Below, piece after piece: positions 40,601 through 55,600 of a DNA stretch of 64,000 bases. The stretch's first letter is position 1. Each line of letters begins with the position of its first letter. Under the pieces are notes generated by a model. The model was not told where the DNA came from, searched no databases, and saw only the letters and a program-made list of their open reading frames with translations. Position numbers and translations under genes: made by a program. This DNA comes from Mobula hypostoma (lineage: Eukaryota), in NCBI RefSeq assembly GCF_963921235.1, contig NC_086108.1:56174001-56238000 (forward strand), written 5' to 3'.

Positions 40601-43600
40601 GACACTGTCCGATATTATCACCACTCCACTGAGACTGTACTACGTCATCACCACTTACACAGTGACTGTCCTAAATGAAATTCACCACTTCACTAAGACT
40701 GTCCTATATCATCACCACTCCACAGCAACTGTCCGTTATCATCACCACTCCACAGAGACTGTCCTAAATCATCTTCACCACTCTACAGGGACGGTCATAC
40801 ATCATCACTCCACTGAGACTGTCCTATATCATCACCACTGCACCGAGACTGTCGTATATCACCACCACTCCACAGAGACTGTCCTAAATTATCACCACTC
40901 CACAGAGACTGTTGTACATCCTCACTTCTCCAACGAGACTGTCCTAAATTATCACCACTCCACAGAGACTGTTGTACATCCTCACCACTCCACCGAGACT
41001 GTCCTAAATTATCACTCCACAGAGACTGTTGTACATCCTCACTACTCCACCGAGACTGTCCTAAATTATCATCACTCCACAGAGACTGTCCTATATTATT
41101 ACCACTCCACAGAGACCGTCTTATATCACCACCAACCCACAATGACTGTTGTACATCCTCACCACTCCACCGAGACTATCCTAAATTATCACCACTCCAC
41201 AGAGACTGTTCTATATCATCACAACTCCAGCAAAATTGTCCTATATCATCAACACAGAGACGGTCCTAAATCATCACCACTCCGCAGAGACTGTCCGATA
41301 TCATCACCACTCCACAGAGACTTTCCTATATCATCACTACTCCACTGAGACTGTCCTATATCATCACTACTCCACTGAGGCGGTCTAATATCATCACTAC
41401 TCCACTGAGACTGCCCTATATCATCACCACTCCACAGAGACTATCCGAAATCATCACCTCCACAGAGACTGTCCTATGTCATCACCACTCCACAGAGACT
41501 GTCCTATATCATCACCACTGCACAGAAACTGTCCTATATCATCACCACTCCATAGAGACTGTCCTAAATACTCATCACCACTCCACAGAAACTGTCCTAT
41601 ATTATGAACACTCCACAGAGACTGTCCTATATCATCACCACTCGACAGAGACTGTCCTATATTATGAACACTCCACAGAGACTGTCCTATATCATCACCA
41701 CTCGACAGAGACTGTCCTAAATTATCACCACTCCACAGAGACTGTTCTATATCATCACCACTCCACTGAGACTGTCCTATATCATCACCACTCCACAGAA
41801 ACTGCCCTATATTATGAACACTCCACAGAGACTGTCCTATATCATCACCACTCGACAGAGACTGTCCTAAATCATCACCACTCCACAGAGACTGTTGTAC
41901 GTCCTCTCTACTCCACCGAGACTGTCCTAAATTATCACCACACCGCAGAGAATGTTCTATATCATCACCACTCCACAGACACTGTCCGATATCATCACCT
42001 CCACAGAGACTGTCCTAAATTATCACCACTCCACAGAGACTGTTGTACATCCTCACTACTCCACCAAGACTGTCCTAAATTATCACCACTCCACAGAGAC
42101 TGTTCTGTATCAGCACCACTCCACTGAGACTGTCCTATATCATCAACACAGAGACGGTCCTATATCATCAACACAGAGGCGGTCCTAAATCATCACCACT
42201 CCACAGAAACTGTCCTATATCATTACCACTCCACAGAGACTGTCCTAAATCATCACCACTCTACAGAGACTGTCCTATATCACCACCACTCCACAGAGAT
42301 TATCCTATATCATCACCACTCTGTAGACTGTCCTACATCACCACCACTCCATAGAGACTGTCCGATATCATCCCCACTCCACAGACACTTTCTTATATCA
42401 TCACCACTCCACAGAGACTGCCCCATATAGTCACCACTCCACAGTGACTGTTCGATATCATCACTACTCCACTGAGACAGTCCTATATCATCACCACTCC
42501 ACAGAGACTGTCCTATATCATCACCACTCCATAGAGACTGTCCTAAATCATAATCACCACTCCACAGCGGCTGTCCGATATCATCACCACTCCACCGAGA
42601 CTGTCCTAAATTATCACCACTCCACAGAGACTGTTGTACATCCTCACTACTCCACCGAGACTGTCCTGAATTATCACCACTCCACAGAGACTGTTCTATA
42701 TCATCACCACTCCACTGAGACTGTCCTATATCATCAACACAGAGACGGTCCTATATCAGCAACACAGAGGCGGTCCTAAATCATCACCACTCCACAGAGA
42801 CTGTCCTATATTATTACCACTCCACAGAGACTGTCCTAAATCATCACCACTCTACAGAGACTGTCCTATATCACCACCACTCCACAGAGATTATCCTATA
42901 TCATCACCACTCTGTAGACTGTCCTACATCACCACCACTCCATAGAGACTGTCCGATATCATCACCACTCCACAGAGACTTTACTATATCATCACCACTC
43001 CACAGACACTGCCCCATATAATCACCACTCCACAGTGACTGTTCGATATCATCACTACTCCACTGAGACAGTCCTATAACATCACCACTCCACAGAGACT
43101 GTCCTATATCATCACCACTCCATAGAGACTGTCCTAAATCATCATCACCACTCCACAGCGACTGTCCAATATCATCACCACTCCACAGAGACTGCCCTAA
43201 ATCATCACCACTGCACCGAGACTGTCGTATATCACCACCAACCCACAGAGACTGTTGTACATCCTCACCACTCCTCCGAGACTATCCTAAATTATCACCA
43301 CTCCACAGAGACTGTTGTGCATCCTCACTACTCCACCGAGACTGTCCTAAATTATTCCCACTCCACAGAGACTGTTCTATATCATCACCACTCCACTGAG
43401 ACTGTCCTATATCATCACCACTCCACAGAAACTGTCCTATATTATGAACACTCCACAGAGACTGTCCTATATCATCACCACTCCACAGAGACTGTCCTAA
43501 ATCATCAGCACTCCACAGAGACTGTTGTACGTCCTCACTACTCCACCGAGACTGTCCTAAATTATCACCACTCCACAGAGAAGGTTCTATATCATCACCA

Positions 43601-46600
43601 CTCCACAAAGACTTTCCTATATCATCAACACAGAGACGGTCCTAAATCATCACCACTCCACAGAGACTGTCCTGTATTATTACCACTCCACAGAGACTGT
43701 CCTAAATCATCACCACTCTACAGAGACGGTCCTATATCATCAACACAGAGGCGGTCCTAAATTATCACCACTCCACAGAGACTGTCCTATATTATTACCA
43801 CTCCACAGAGACTGTCCTAAATCATCACCACTCTACAGAGATTATCCTATATCATCACCACTCTGTAGACTGTCCTACATCACCACCACTCCATAGAGAC
43901 TGTCCGATATCATCACCACTCCACAGAGACTTTCCTATATCATCACTACTCCACAGAGACTGTTCTATATCATCACCACTCCATAGAGACTGTCCTAAAT
44001 CATCATCACCACTCCACAGCGACTGTCCAATATCATCACCACTCCACAGAGACTGTCCTACATCATCTTCACCACTCCACACAGACGGTCGTACATCATC
44101 ACTCCACCAAGACTGTCGTATATCATCACCAACCCACAGAGACTGTTGTACATCCTCACCACTCCACCGAGACTATCCTAAATTATCACCACTCCACAGA
44201 GACTGTTGTACATCCTCACTACTCCACCGAGACTGTCCTAAATTATGACCACTCCGCAGAGACTGTTCTATATCATCACCACTCCACAGAGACTGTCCTA
44301 TATTATTACCACTCCACAGAGACTGTCCTAAATCATCACCACTCTACAGAGACTGTCCTATATCACCACCACTCCACAGAGATTATCCTATATCATCAAC
44401 ACTCTGTAGAGACTGTCCTATATCATCACCACTCCACAGAGACTGACCGATATCATCACCACTCCACAGAGACTGTCCTAAATCATCACCAATGCACCGA
44501 GACTGTCGTATATCACCCCACCAACCCAAAGAAACTGTTGTACATCCTAACTACTCCACTGAGACGGTCCTAAATTATCACCACTCCACAGAGACTGTTG
44601 TACATCCTCACTACTCCACCGAGACTGTCCTAAATTATCACCACTCCACAAAGACTGTTCTCTACCATCACCACTCCACTGAGACTGTCCTATATCATCA
44701 CCACTCCACAGAAACTGTCCTATATTATGAACACTCCACAGAGACTGTCCTATATCATCACCACTCGACAGAGACTGTCCTAAATCATCACCACTCCACA
44801 GAGACTGTTGTACATCCTCTCTACTCCACCGAGACTGTCCTAAATTATCACCACACCGCAGAGAAGGTTCCATATCATCACCTCTCCACAGACACTGTCC
44901 GATATCATCACCTCCACAGAGACTGTCCTAAATTATCACCACTCCACAGAGACTGTTGTACATCCTCACTACTCCACAGAGACTGTTCAAATTATCACCA
45001 CTCCACAGAGACTGTTCTATATCATCACCACTCCACTGAGACTGTCCTATATCATCAACACAGAGACGGTCCTATATCATCAACACAGAGGCTGTCCTAA
45101 ATCATCACCACTCCACAGAAACTGTCCTATATCATTACCACTCCACAGAGACTGTCCTAAGTCATCACCACTCTACAGAGACTGTCCTATATCACCACCA
45201 CTCCACAGAGATTATCCTATATCATCACCACTCTGTAGACTGTCCTACATCACCACCACTCCATAGAGACTGTCCGATATCATCACCACTCCACAGACAC
45301 TTTCCTATATCATCACCACTCCACAGAGACTGCCCCATATAGTCACCACTCCACAGACTGTCCTATATCATCACCGCTCCACAGAGACTGTCCTATATAT
45401 TTACCACTCCACTGAGACTGTCCTAAATCATCACCACTGCTCAGAGACTGTCCTATATCATCACCACTCCACAGAGACTGTTGAACTTCCTCACCACTCC
45501 GCCGAGAATGTCCTAAATTATCACCACTCCACAGAGACTGTTGTGCATCCTCACTACTCCACCGAGACTGTCCTAAATTATCACCACTCCACAGAGACTG
45601 TTGAACTTCCTCACTACTCCACCGAGACTGTCCTAAATTATCGTCACTCCACAGAGTCTGTTCTATATTATTACCACTCCACAGAGAATGTCCTAAATCA
45701 TCACCACTCTACAGAGACTGTCCTATATCGCCACCACTCCACAGAGATTATCCTACATCATCACCACTCTGTAGAGACTGTCCAATATCATCACCACTCC
45801 ACAGAGACTGTGCAATATCATCACCACTCCACAGAGACTGTCCTATATCATCAGCACTCCACAGAGACTGTCCAATATCATCACTACTCCACTGAGACGG
45901 TCTAATATCATCACTACTCCACTGAGTCTGCCCTATATCATCACCACTCCTCAGAGACTGTCCTAAATCATCACCACTCCACAGAGACAGTTCTATATCA
46001 TCACCGCTCCACAGAAACTGTCCTATATCATCTCCACTCCACTGAGACTGTCCTAAATCATCACCACTCCTCAGAGACTGTCCTATATCATCACCACTCA
46101 ACAGAGACTATCCTATATCATCACCACTCCACAGACACTGTCCGATATTATCACCACTCCACTGAGACTGTACTACGTCATCACCACTTACACAGTGACT
46201 GTCCTAAATGAAATTCACCACTTCACTAAGACTGTCCTATATCATCACCACTCCACAGCAACTGTCCGTTATCATCACCACTCCACAGAGACTGTCCTAA
46301 ATCATCTTCACCACTCTACAGGGACGGTCATACATCATCACTCCACTGAGACTGTCCTATATCATCACCACTGCACCGAGACTGTCGTATATCACCACCA
46401 CTCCACAGAGACTGTCCTAAATTATCACCACTCCACAGAGACTGTTGTACATCCTCACTTCTCCAACGAGACTGTCCTAAATTATCACCACTCCACAGAG
46501 ACTGTTGTACATCCTCACCACTCCACCGAGACTGTCCTAAATTATCACCACTCCACAGAGACTGTTGTACATCCTCACTACTCCACCGAGACTGTCCTAA

Positions 46601-49600
46601 ATTATCATCACTCCACAGAGACTGTCCTATATTATTACCACTCCACAGAGACCGTCTTATATCACCACCAACCCACAATGACTGTTGTACATCCTCACCA
46701 CTCCACCGAGACTATCCTAAATTATCACCACTCCACAGAGACTGTTCTATATCATCACAACTCCAGCAAAATTGTCCTATATCATCAACACAGAGACGGT
46801 CCTAAATCATCACCACTCCGCAGAGACTGTCCGATATCATCACCACTCCACAGAGACTTTCCTATATCATCACTACTCCACTGAGACTGTCCTATATCAT
46901 CACTACTCCACTGAGGCGGTCTAATATCATCACTACTCCACTGAGACTGCCCTATATCATCACCACTCCACAGAGACTATCCGAAATCATCACCTCCACA
47001 GAGACTGTCCTATGTCATCACCACTCCACAGAGACTGTCCTATATCATCACCACTGCACAGAAACTGTCCTATATCATCACCACTCCATAGAGACTGTCC
47101 TAAATACTCATCACCACTCCACAGAAACTGTCCTATATTATGAACACTCCACAGAGACTGTCCTATATCATCACCACTCGACAGAGACTGTCCTATATTA
47201 TGAACACTCCACAGAGACTGTTCTATATCATCACCACTCCACTGAGACTGTCCTATATCATCACCACTCCACAGAAACTGCCCTATATTATGAACACTCC
47301 ACAGAGACTGTCCTATATCATCACCACTCGACAGAGACTGTCCTAAATCATCACCACTCCACAGAGACTGTTGTACGTCCTCTCTACTCCACCGAGACTG
47401 TCCTAAATTATCACCACACCGCAGAGAATGTTCTATATCATCACCACTCCACAGACACTGTCCGATATCATCACCTCCACAGAGACTGTCCTAAATTATC
47501 ACCACTCCACAGAGACTGTTGTACATCCTCACTACTCCACCAAGACTGTCCTAAATTATCACCACTCCACAGAGACTGTTCTGTATCAGCACCACTCCAC
47601 TGAGACTGTCCTATATCATCAACACAGAGACGGTCCTATATCATCAACACAGAGGCGGTCCTAAATCATCACCACTCCACAGAAACTGTCCTATATCATT
47701 ACCACTCCACAGAGACTGTCCTAAATCATCACTACTCTACAGAGACTGTCCTATATCACCACCACTCCACAGAGATTATCCTATATCATCACCACTCTGT
47801 AGACTGTCCTACATCACCACCACTCCATAGAGACTGTCCGATATCATCCCCACTCCACAGACACTTTCTTATATCATCACCACTCCACAGAGACTGCCCC
47901 ATATAGTCACCACTCCACAGTGACTGTTCGATATCATCACTACTCCACTGAGACAGTCCTATATCATCACCACTCCACAGAGACTGTCCTATATCATCAC
48001 CACTCCATAGAGAGTGTCCTAAATCATAATCACCACTCCACAGCGGCTGTCCGATATCATCACCACTCCACAGAGACTGTCCTTAATCATCACCACTGCA
48101 CCGAGACTGTCGTATATCACCACCAACCCACAGAATGTTGTACATCCTCACCACTCCTCCGAGACTATCCTAAATTATCACCACACAACAGAGACTGTTG
48201 TACATCCTCACTTCTCCACTGAGACTATCCTAAATTATCACCACTCTACAGAGACTGTTGTACATCCTCACTACTCCACCGAGACTGTCCTAAATTATCA
48301 CCACTCCGCAGAGAAGGTTCTATATCATCACCACTCCACAAAGACTTTCCTATATCATCAACACAGAGACGGTCCTAAATCATCACCATTCCACAGAGAC
48401 TGTCCTAAATCATCACCACTCCACAGAGACTGTCCTATATTATTACCACTCCACAGAGACTGTCCTAAATCATCACCACTCTACAGAGACTGTCCTATCT
48501 CACCACCACTCCACAGAGATTATCCTATATCATCACCACTCTGTAGACTGTCCTACATCACCACCACTCCACAGAGACTGTCCTATATCATCACCACTCC
48601 ACAGAGACTGTCCTATGTCATCACCACTCCACAGAGGCTATCCAATATCATCACCACTGCACAGAGACTGTCCTATATCATCACCACTGCACAGAAACTG
48701 TCCTATATCATCACCACTCCATAGAGACTGTCCTAAATCATCATCACCACTCCACAGCGACTGTCCGATATCATCACCACTCCACAGAGACTGTCCTAAA
48801 TCATCACCACTGCACCGAGACTGTCGTATATCACCTCCAACCCACAGACTCTGTCCTAAATTATCACCACTCAACAGAGACTGTTCTATATCATCACCAC
48901 TCCACTGAGACTGTCCTATATCATCACCACTCCACAGAAACTGTCCTATCCTATGAACACTCCACAGAGACTGTCCTAAATCATCACCACTCCACAGATA
49001 CTGTCCTAAATCATCACCAATCCACAGAGACTGTTGTACATCCTCACCACTCCACCGAGACTGTCCTAAATTATCATCACTCCACAGAGACTGTCCTATA
49101 TTATTACCACTCCACAGAGACCGTCTTATATCACCACCAACCCACAACCACTGTTGTACATCCTCACCACTCCACCGAGACTATCCTAAGTTATCACCAC
49201 TCCACAGAGACTGTTCTATATCATCACAACTCCAGCAAAATTGTCCTATATCATCAACACAGAGACGGTCCTAAATCATCACCACTCCACAGAGACTGTC
49301 CGATATCATCACCACTCCACAGAGACTTTCCTATATCATCACTACTCCACTGAGACTGTCCTATATCATCACTACTCCACTGAGGCGGTCTAATATCATC
49401 ACTACTCCACTGAGACTGCCCTATATCATCACCACTCCTCAGAGACTGTACTAAATTATCACCACTCCACAGAGACTGTGCTATATCATCACCGCTCCAC
49501 AGAGACTGTCCGATATCATCACCTCCACAGAAACTATCCAATATCATCACCACTGCACAGAGACTGTCCTATATCATCACCACTGCACAGAAACTGTCTT

Positions 49601-52600
49601 ATATCATCACCACTCCATAGAGACTGTCCTAAATAATCATCACCACTCCACTGAGACTGTCCTATATCATCACCACTCCACAGAAACTGTCCTATATTAT
49701 GAACACTCCACAGAGACTGTCCTATATCATCACCACTCCACAGAGACTGTTGTACATCCTCACTACACCACCGAGACTGTCCTAAATTATCACCACTCCA
49801 CAAAGACTGTTCTATATCATCACCACTCCACTGAGACTGTCCTATATCATCACCACTCCACAGAAACTGCCCTATATTATGAACACTCCACAGAGACTGT
49901 CCTATATCATCACCACTCCACAGAGACTGTCCTATATCATCACCACTCCACAGAGACTGTTGTACGTCCTCTCTACTCCACCGAGACTGTTCTAAATTAT
50001 CACCACACCGCAGAGAATGTTCTATATCATCACCACTCCACAGACACTGTCCGATATCATCACCTCCACAGAGACTGTCCTAAATTATCACCACTCCACA
50101 GAGACTGTTGTACATCCTCACTACTCCACCGAGACTGTCCTAAATTATCACCACTCCACAGAGACTGTTGTACATCCTCACCACTCCACCGAGACTGTCC
50201 TAAATTATCACCACTCCACAGAGACTGTTGTACATCCTCACTACTCCACCGAGACTTTCCTATATCATCAACACAGAGACGGTCCTATATCATTAACACA
50301 GAGGCGGTCCTAAATCATCACCACTCCACAGAAACTGTCCTATATCTTTACCACCCCACAGAGACTGTCCTAAATCATCACCACTCTACAGAGACTGTCC
50401 TATATCACCACCACTCCACAGAGATTATCCTATATCATCACCACTCTGTAGACTGTCCTACATCACCACCACTCCATAGAGACTGTCCGATATCATCACC
50501 ACTCCACAGACACTTTCTTATATCATCACCACTCCACAGAGACTGCCCCATATAGTCACCACTCCACAGTGACTGTTCGATATCATCACTACTCCACTGA
50601 GACAGTCCTATATCATCACCACTCCACAGGGACTGTCCTATATCATCACCACTCCATAGAGACTGTCCTAAATCATAATCACCACTCCACAGCGACTGTC
50701 CGATATCATCACCACTCCACAGAGACTGTCCTAAATCATCACCACTGCACCGAGACTGTCGTATATCACCACCAACCCACAGAATGTTGTACATCCTCAC
50801 CACTCCTCCGAGACTATCCTAAATTATCACCACTCCACAGAGACTGTTGTACATCCTCACTTCTCCACTGAGACTATCCTAAATTATCACCACTCCACAG
50901 AGACTGTTCTATATCATCACCACTCCACTGAGACTGTCCTATATCATCACCACTCCACAGAAACTGTCCTAAATCATCACCAATCCACAGAGACTGTTGT
51001 ACATCCTCACTACTCCACCAAGACTGTCCTAAATTATCAGCACTCCACAGAGACTGTTCTACATCCTCACTACTCCACCGAGACTGTCCCAAATTATCAC
51101 GACTCCACAAAGACTGTTCTATATCATCACCACTCCACTGAGACTGCCCTCTATCATCACCACTCCACAGAGACTGTCCTATATCATCACCACTGCACAG
51201 AGACTGTCCTATATCATCACCACTCCATAGAGACTGTACTAAATCATCATCACCACTCCACAGCGACTGTCCGATATCATCACCACTCCACAGAGACTGT
51301 CCTACATCATCTTCACCACTCCACACAGACGGTCGTACATCATCACTCCACTGAGACTGTCATATTTCATCACCAACTCACAGAGACTGTTGTACATCCT
51401 CACCACTCCACCGAGACTATCCTAACTTATCACCACTCCACAGAGACTGTTGTACATCCTCACTACTCCACCGAGACTGTCCTAAATTATCGTCACTCCA
51501 CAGAGTCTGTTCTATATTATTACCACTCCACAGAGAATGTCCTAAATCACCACCACTCCACAGAGACTGTCCGATATCATCACTACTCCACAGAGACTTT
51601 CCTATATCATCACCACTCCATTGAGACTGTCCTAAATCATCACCACTCCACAGAGACTGTCCGATATCATCACAACTCCACAGAAACTGTACTACATCAT
51701 CTTCACCACTCCACACAGACTGTCGTACATCATCACTCCACAGAGACTGTTCTATATCATCACCACTCCACAAAGACCATCCTATATCATCAACACAGAG
51801 ATGGTCCTAAATCATCACCACTCCTCAGAGACTGTCCTATATCATCACCACTCTGTAGAGACTGTCCTATATCATTACCACTCCACAGAGGATGTCCGAT
51901 ATCATCATCACTCCACAGAGACTGTCCTATATTATCACTACTCCACAGGGACTGTCCGATATCATCACCTCCACAGAGACTGTCGTATATCATCACCACT
52001 CCACTGAGACTATCCTAACTTATCACCACTCCACAGAGACTGTTGTACATCCTCACTACTCCACCGAGACTGTCCTAAATTATGACCACTCCATAGAGAC
52101 TGTTCTATATCATCACCACTCCACAAAGACCATCCTATATCATCAACACAGAGATGGTCCTAAATCATCACCACTCCACAGAGACTGTCCTATATTATTA
52201 CCACTCCACAGAGACTGTCCTAAGTCATCACCACTCTACAGAGACTGTCCTATATCACCAGCACTCCACTGAGACTGTCCTAAATCATCACCACTCCTCA
52301 GAAACTGTCCTATATCATCACCACTCTGTAGAGACTGTCCTATATCATTACTACTCCACAGAGAATGTCCAATATCATCTTCACTCCACAGAGACTGTCC
52401 TATATTATCACTACTCCACAGGGACTGTCCAATATCATCACCTCCACAGAGACTGTCGTATATCATCACCACTCCACTGAGACTGTCCTAAATCATCACC
52501 ACTCCACTGAGACTGTCCTATATCATCACCACTCCACAGAGACTTTCCTATATCATCACCACTCCACTGAGACTGTCCTATATTATCACCGCTCCACTGA

Positions 52601-55600
52601 GACTGTCCTAAATCATCACCGCTCCTCAGAGACTATCCTATATCATCACCACTCAACAGAGACTATCCTATATCATCACCACTCCACAGACACTGTCCGA
52701 TATTATCATTACTCCACTGAGACTGTCCTATATCATCACCACTCCACAGAGACTGCCCTAAATCATCACCACTCCACCGAGACTGCCCCATATAATCACC
52801 ACTCCACAGTGACTGTTCGATATCATCATTACTCCACTGAGACAGTCCTATATCATCACCACTCCACAGAGACTATCCTATATCATCACCACTCCACAGA
52901 GACTGTCCTATACGATCACCACTCCATAGAGACTGTCCTAAATCATCATCACCACTCCACAGCGACTGTCCGATATCATCACCACTCCACAGAGACTGTC
53001 CTAAATCATCACCACTCCACAGAGACTGTTGAACTTCCTCACCACTCCACCGGGACTGTCCTAAATTATCACCACTCCACAGAGACTGTTGTACATCCTC
53101 ACTACTCCACCGAGACTGTCCTAAATTATCACCACTCCACAGAGACTGTTCTATATCATCACCACTCCACTGAGACTGTCCTCTGTCATCAGCACTCCAC
53201 AGAGACTGTCCTACATCATCTTCACAACTCCACACAGACGGTCGTACATCATCACTCCACCGAGACTGTCATATATCATCACCAACCCACAGAGACGGTT
53301 GTACATCCTCACCGCTCCACCGAGACTATCCTAAATTATCACCACTCCACAGAGACTGTTCTATATCATCACCACTCCACAAAGACCATCCTATATCATC
53401 AACACAGAGACGGTCCTAAATCATCACCACTCCACAGAGACTGTCCTATATTATTACCACTCCACAGAGACTGTCCTAAATTAGCACCACTCTACAGAGA
53501 CTGTTGTACATCCTCACTACTCCACCGAGACTGTCCTAAATTATCACCACTCCACAGAGACTGTTCTATATTATTACCACTCCACAGAGACTGTCGTATA
53601 TCACCACCAACCCACAAAGACTGTTGTACATCCTCACCACTCCACCGAGACTGTCCTAAATTATCACCACTCCACAGAGACTGTTGTACATCCTCACTAC
53701 TCCACCGAGACTGTCGTATATCACCACCAACCCACAACGACTGTTGTACATCCTCACCACTCCACCGAGACTGTCCTAAATTATCACCACTCCACAGAGA
53801 CTGTTCTATGTCATCACCACTCCACAAAAATTGTCCTTTATCATCAACACGGTGACGGTCCTAAATCATCACCACTCCACAGAGACTGTCCGATATCATC
53901 ACCACTCCACAGAGACTGTCCTATATCATCACCACTCCACAGAGACTGTCCTAAATCATTTTCACCACTCTACAGAGACGGTCATACATCATCACTCCAC
54001 TGAGACTGTCCTATATCATCACCACTGCACCGAGACTGTCGTATGTCACCACCACTCCACAGACACTGTTGAACTTCCTCACCACTCCGCCGAGACTGTC
54101 CTAAATTATCACCACTCCACAGAGACTGTTGTGCATCCTCACTACTCCACCGAGACTGTCCTAAATTATCACCACTCCACAGAGACTGTTGTACATCCTC
54201 ACTACTCCACCGAGACTGTCCTAAATAATCACCACTCCACAGAGACTGTTCTATATCACCACCACTCCACAGAGACTGTTGAACATCCTCACTACTCCAC
54301 CGAGACTGTCCTAAATTATCGTCACTCCACAGAGAATGTCCTAAATCATCACCACTCTACCGAGACTGTCCTATATCACCACCACTCCACAGAGATTATC
54401 CTACATCATCACCACTCTGTAGAGACTGTCCAATATCATCACCACTCCACAGAGACTGTCCTATATCATCAGCACTCCACAGAGACTGTCCAATATCATC
54501 ACTACTCCACTGAGACGGTCTAATATCATCACTACTCCACTGAGACTGCCCTATATCATCACCACTCCTCAGAGACTGTCCTAAATCATCACCACTCCAC
54601 AGAGACAGTCCTATATCATCACCGCTCCACAGAAACTGTCCTATATCATCTCCACTCCACTGAGACTGTCCTATATCATCACCACTCCTCAGAGACTGTC
54701 CTATATCATCACCACTCAACAGAGACTATCCTATATCATCACCACTCCGCAGACACTGTCTGATATTATCACCACTCCACTGAGACTGTACTACGTCATC
54801 ACCACTTACGCAGTGACTGTCCTAAATGAAATTCACCACTCCACTAAGACTGTCCTGTATCATCACCACTCCACAGCAACTGTCCGATATCATCACCACT
54901 CCACAGAGACTGTCCTAAATCATTTTCACCACTCTACAGGGACGGTCATACATCATCACTCCACTGAGACTGTCCTATATCATCACCACTGCACCGAGAC
55001 TGTCGTATATCACCACCACTCCACAGAGACTGTTGAACTTACTCACCACTCCGCCGAGACTGTCCTAAATTATCACCACTCCACAGAGACTGTTGTGCAT
55101 CCTCGCTACTCCACGAGACTGTCCTAAATTATCACCACTCCACAGAGACTGTTGTACATCCTCACCACTCCACCGAGACTGTCCTAAATCATCACCACTC
55201 CTCAAAGACTGTCCTATATCATCACCACTCCACAGTGACTGTCCGATATCATCACTACTCCACTGACACTGTCCTATATCATCACTATTCCACTGAGACT
55301 GTCCTATATCATCACTACTCCACTGAGACGGACTAATATGATCACTACTGTACAGAGAATGCCCTATATCAGCACCACTCCTCAGAGACTGTCCTAAATC
55401 ATCACCACTCCACAGACTGTCCTATATCATCACCGCTCCACAGAGACTGTCCTATATATTTACCACTCCACTGAGACTGTCCTAAATCATCACCACTCCT
55501 CAGAGACTGTCCTATATCATCACCACTCAACAGAGACTATCCTATATCATCACCACTCCGCAGACACTGTCTGATATTATCACCACTCCACTGAGACTGT

